This document shows, in pieces, positions 60,332 to 64,000 of a stretch of 64,000 bases of DNA. Positions within the stretch are counted from its first letter, which is position 1. Each line of letters opens with the position of its first letter. The notes beneath the pieces are model-generated. The model did no database searches and was not told where the DNA came from. It saw only the letters and a list, made by a program, of their open reading frames with translations. Made by a program: the position numbers and the translations under genes. The stretch is taken from positions 52,894 to 116,893 of the forward strand of contig CAZYOA010000004.1 in the NCBI GenBank assembly GCA_964648665.1, written 5' to 3'. The DNA comes from an uncultured Planctomycetales bacterium (GTDB lineage: Bacteria > Omnitrophota > Gorgyraeia > Zapsychrales > Aceulaceae).

Positions 60332-61936
60332 ATGAGTAAATTTATTTTTGTTACAGGCGGCGTTGTTTCAAGTCTTGGAAAAGGCATTGCTTCTGCTTCG
60401 ATCGGAAAGATGCTCGAGGACAGAGGATTGTCTACGACTACAATTAAATGTGATCCATATCTTAATGTTGATCCAGGAACCATGAGTCCTTTTCAACATG
60501 GAGAAGTTTATGTGACTGATGATGGCGCGGAAACAGATCTAGACTTGGGTCATTATGAACGCTTTACAAATGCCCGTGTTGGTAAGGATAGCAATATTAC
60601 GACAGGGAAAGTTTATTTCGCTGTTATTTCAAAAGAACGTAAAGGTGAGTATCTCGGGAAAACTGTTCAGATTATTCCTCATATCACAGATGAAATAAAA
60701 AATAGAATTAAGAAAGTTGCAAAATCTCGAGACGTGGATGTTACGATTGTTGAAATTGGTGGAACGATAGGTGATATTGAAAGTTTGCCATTTTTGGAAG
60801 CAATTCGACAGATGAAATGGGAAATAGGTTCAAGCTATTGCATTAATGTGCATGTGACATTGTTACCTTTTATTAAGTCTGCTGGTGAGCATAAAACGAA
60901 GCCAACGCAACATAGTGTAGGACGCTTGCGCGAAATTGGCATTGCTCCTGATATTTTATTATGTCGAACAGAAAAGCATATGACTAAAGATCAGAGGGAA
61001 AAGATTGCTCTTTTTTGTAGCGTTGATCGCGAAGCTGTTGTTGAAGCTATTGATGTTAAGCATATTTATGAAGTTCCGCTTTTGCTTAAGAAAGAGGGAT
61101 TGGATAATTTAATTCTAAGAAAATTAAATATTAAAAGGCCAGATAGTGATCTAAAAAGATGGAAAGATTATGTTGTAAAGCGATTAAAAAATCCTGCCAA
61201 AGAGGTCAAGATTTCTGTCGTTGGAAAATATATTTCATTGCCTGATGCGTATAAATCAATTTATGAAGCTTTAGTTCACGGTGGAATTTCAAATAATACT
61301 AAAGTTGTGATTAATAAAGTTGATTCTGAAGATATTGAAAAGAATAACGCAAAGAAATATCTTAAAGATTCTGATGGCATTCTTATTCCTGGTGGATTTG
61401 GAACTAGAGGCATTGAGGGAAAAATACGTGCCGTTCAATATGCTCGAGAAAATGATATTCCATTCTTCGGAATTTGTTTAGGAATGCAGATCGCATCGAT
61501 TGAATTTGCTCGCAATATGTGCGGATGTAAAGGAGCAAATTCAACAGAATTTGACAAAGGAACAAAGCATCCCATTATTAGTCTTTTGGAAGAACAGAAA
61601 AAGATAAAGAATATGGGAGCGACAATGCGACTAGGTGCGTATCCTTGTAAGTTGCAAAAGAAAACAAAAAGTTTTCAAGCTTATAAAAAAGAAGGCATAT
61701 CTGAAAGACATCGTCATCGTTATGAATTTAATGATGAATATCGAAAAACTTTTGAAAAAAAAGGTGTTGTCTTTTCAGGGATTAATATAAAGAAAAAGTT
61801 GGTTGAGATTCTTGAGCTTAAAAACCACCCATGGTTTGTAGCTTGTCAATTTCATCCTGAGTTTAAATCAAAACCAGACAAGGCGCATCCTTTGTTTCAG
61901 AGTTTTGTAGCTGCATCTTTGGCAAAGAGATCTTAA
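60332..61936 (+). CDS. pyrG: CTP synthase
   Basis: [43 protein letters not shown]. Confidence 0.98.
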   Translation: MSKFIFVTGGVVSSLGKGIASASIGKMLEDRGLSTTTIKCDPYLNVDPGTMSPFQHGEVYVTDDGAETDLDLGHYERFTNARVGKDSNITTGKVYFAVISKERKGEYLGKTVQIIPHITDEIKNRIKKVAKSRDVDVTIVEIGGTIGDIESLPFLEAIRQMKWEIGSSYCINVHVTLLPFIKSAGEHKTKPTQHSVGRLREIGIAPDILLCRTEKHMTKDQREKIALFCSVDREAVVEAIDVKHIYEVPLLLKKEGLDNLILRKLNIKRPDSDLKRWKDYVVKRLKNPAKEVKISVVGKYISLPDAYKSIYEALVHGGISNNTKVVINKVDSEDIEKNNAKKYLKDSDGILIPGGFGTRGIEGKIRAVQYARENDIPFFGICLGMQIASIEFARNMCGCKGANSTEFDKGTKHPIISLLEEQKKIKNMGATMRLGAYPCKLQKKTKSFQAYKKEGISERHRHRYEFNDEYRKTFEKKGVVFSGINIKKKLVEILELKNHPWFVACQFHPEFKSKPDKAHPLFQSFVAASLAKRS

Positions 61937-61945
61937 AATTTATTT

Positions 61946-63541
61946 GTGATGATTAAAACAAAAGCTTTCCAAAATTTCGTTTTTTTCTGCCTCTTCTTAA
62001 TCTTTCTATGTTTTGCGTTCTGGCCCGCGATATCTTCTAATTATGTTTATCATGACGATGCACTTTTCTTTTTAAAAACTCCAACTCGTCTTGAGGCTCC
62101 TGGGGCTTTTACAAATCTGCGTAATGGACGCTTTATCGGTTCACATTTATATATTGGTCTTGGTTTCTTAATCAATTCGGTGAGCGATCTTAAATTTGTT
62201 CGATTTTTAGGTGTTGCGATTATTGCTTGCTGCGCATTCTTATTTTCTTTGTGGCTTAGAAAGAAAAATATTTCTAGAATAAATTCTTTCTTGATTTCTT
62301 TGGCGGTTTTTACTTTGCCCTCTTTTCAGGTTGATGCTTCCCAGACAGCGATGGCGTACCAACCTGTAGCAATTTTATTTGCAGCTGGAGCTTTTTTTGC
62401 AGCGTATCGAATTTCTATTTCCGATAAAATTATTTCTAGAGTTTTAAATGGGTGGTTTGTTTTGTCTGTTTTTCTGTTTTTTTGTGGACTAGCAACGTAT
62501 AAGCCAACGGCTATGTTTTATTGGACCATGGCCGGATGCACTGTATTGTTTATGGGATCTGAAGGTATTTTTGAAATAAAGAGCCGTATGGTTAATTTGG
62601 TTTTGCCTGCATTTGCGTCAATGGGAATATATGCCATTGTTCTTCAGCTGATCAAGCCGCTTTTTCCTCGTCCAGAATTGTTGGGATATAATTCCTATAA
62701 TGTTTCTTTTGATTTCCTTGGAAAGATTGCTTGGTTTTTCAAAGAGCCTTTCTTTAATGTTTTAAATTTGTGGAATATTTTTCCAAATAAACTTTTTGCG
62801 TTATTTTCTTTGTTTTTGATTATTTCTGCAATTATCTTAGAAATTCTTAAGAAAGAAAAGGCGCAGAGAAAGAAGCTTGTTAAAAGAGGGAGTATCTTAT
62901 GTTTGTGTTTGGGGGCTTTGGTAGTTTTAAGTTTTTTGCCGAATTTAATTTATAGCGGCAATATTTCGTATTATCGATGCATGGGTCCCTTGGCGGCGCT
63001 GGTTCTTCTTTTTATAATTTGGTCTGTAAGATCTTGGATTAATTTTATATTTAAAAATGGTAAAACAATTTTTACTTGTTTTCTTATTATTTTGAGTATT
63101 TCAGGAGTTGCTTTGGCTCATCAGACGATATTAAAATATCGTGTTTTACCAAGCCAGAAAGAATTTGAATTTGTTTTAAGTCAAATTCAAAGAGCTGATA
63201 TTAATCAATATCAAAGAATTTATTTTATTCGCCCAGAAGAGGAAAACTTAAAGAAGCGTGGTGATGAATTTGGAAGCCTGACAACAGTTTATGGGCATGA
63301 TATTGTCGGTCTTGTTTCGTGTGCCCTTAGAGAAATAGCTAAAGGACAATTAGAGATTCTTAACATACGCATTCATTATAAATCAAAAACAGTGCTGTTT
63401 ATTTTTAGAGCTGTTCAAGATAAAAGTAAGCGCATGAAGTATGAGATTATGATTGATTCTGGAACTATTTCTGAGATGCCAAAACATTTCTTAGGAAAAA
63501 CTCTTATTATTGATATGAGAGAATTTGAAAATAATGAATAA
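61946..63541 (+). CDS. Polytopic membrane protein, possible GtrII-like glucosyltransferase
   Basis: Early YHDD motif, NGR, many TM helices, soluble C-terminal domain. Confidence 0.5.
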   Translation: MMIKTKAFQNFVFFCLFLIFLCFAFWPAISSNYVYHDDALFFLKTPTRLEAPGAFTNLRNGRFIGSHLYIGLGFLINSVSDLKFVRFLGVAIIACCAFLFSLWLRKKNISRINSFLISLAVFTLPSFQVDASQTAMAYQPVAILFAAGAFFAAYRISISDKIISRVLNGWFVLSVFLFFCGLATYKPTAMFYWTMAGCTVLFMGSEGIFEIKSRMVNLVLPAFASMGIYAIVLQLIKPLFPRPELLGYNSYNVSFDFLGKIAWFFKEPFFNVLNLWNIFPNKLFALFSLFLIISAIILEILKKEKAQRKKLVKRGSILCLCLGALVVLSFLPNLIYSGNISYYRCMGPLAALVLLFIIWSVRSWINFIFKNGKTIFTCFLIILSISGVALAHQTILKYRVLPSQKEFEFVLSQIQRADINQYQRIYFIRPEEENLKKRGDEFGSLTTVYGHDIVGLVSCALREIAKGQLEILNIRIHYKSKTVLFIFRAVQDKSKRMKYEIMIDSGTISEMPKHFLGKTLIIDMREFENNE

Positions 63542-63601
63542 AGTTGTTTAAGGATAGTGAAAGTTTAGAAATTTGAAGAAATAATTGTGATAGTAGTTTA
63601 T

Positions 63602-63686
63602 GCGCGGGTGGCGGAATTGGTATACGCGCACGTTCGAGGGGCGTGTGGAGCAATCCGTGTGGGTTCAAGCCCCACCCCGCGCACCA
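63602..63686 (+). tRNA. tRNA-Leu (anticodon GAG), CCA encoded
   Basis: Acceptor stem GCGCGGG/CCCGCGC, discriminator A, long variable arm, anticodon arm CACGT-TCGAGGG-GCGTG, T arm GTGGG-TTCAAGC-CCCAC. Confidence 0.93.
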
Positions 63687-63733
63687 AAAAGATGCTAAGT
63701 TTTTCTGGTGTGTGTATATAGTGATAAGAAAGC

Positions 63734-63762
63734 TGGCAAGACATTTTTATCTCAAGTATAAT
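63734..63762 (+). promoter_or_regulatory. Probable sigma70 promoter
   Basis: TGGCAA-17 bp-TATAAT. Confidence 0.5.
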
Positions 63763-63800
63763 AAAAATAATTATTTATTGTAAAACGAAAGGGGAAAAAT

Positions 63801-64000
63801 ATGACTGATAGTTATATGTCGATTTTTAAGAAGAGCTTTGATTTGTTTTCAAAGAATATAAAAACTTTTGCTGTTGTTGTTGCGATTTTCTTTTTAGTGA
63901 TGGTTGTATTAGGAGTATTGTTTGGCGTTGCTTTTTCGATGACTCAGATAGACATGACAATGCTTGCCCAAAGCGTGAATCCTTTGGGATTGGTAGGTCT
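63801..64000 (+). CDS. Membrane protein, 3'-truncated by the window end
   Basis: RBS AAGGGG; MTDSYMSIFKKSFDLFSKNIKTFAVVVAIFFLVMVVLGVLFG... is open to the window end. Confidence 0.7.
   Translation, partial: MTDSYMSIFKKSFDLFSKNIKTFAVVVAIFFLVMVVLGVLFGVAFSMTQIDMTMLAQSVNPLGLVG

Noticed and set aside
63602-63686. Reading the tRNA as Ser(CGA)
   Set aside because: The anticodon stem pairs only in the GAG register, and discriminator A fits Leu.
1-64000. Prophage, IS element, integron or defence system
   Set aside because: No integrase, transposase, phage structural gene, terminal inverted repeat or att-site duplication was recognised.

Overview
AT-rich bacterial chromosome segment with almost all genes on the + strand. 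Gene content suggests a PVC-superphylum organism, possibly Omnitrophota (inference, not verified). In order: the 3' end of a repeat-rich adhesin-like gene; pheT, 6S RNA, 5-formyl-THF cyclo-ligase, rny, ymdB, PilZ, gltX, tRNA-Gln; envelope glycosylation genes; glycogen genes (glgB, GH57, malQ) with a wHTH/histone-H1-like gene among them; a ~14.5 kb Frz/Wsp-like chemosensory operon containing a PilB/GspE ATPase fused to a receiver domain; a beta-PGM/OtsB/GH65 trehalose cluster; an atypical thiolase; a ~20 kb glutamine-centred cluster (GAF-GAF-ANTAR regulator, GS type III, GATase, NadE, GltBD, CarAB, PurF, PyrG); and tRNA-Leu. Best candidates for undescribed biology: (1) three tandem ANTAR-hairpin/terminator attenuators in the glnA leader, next to their probable regulator; (2) the chemosensory system apparently wired to a phosphorylatable pilus/secretion ATPase; (3) an unannotated, frameshifted Fis-like gene whose stop overlaps the gltB start. 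No CRISPR array, integrase or transposase was seen.
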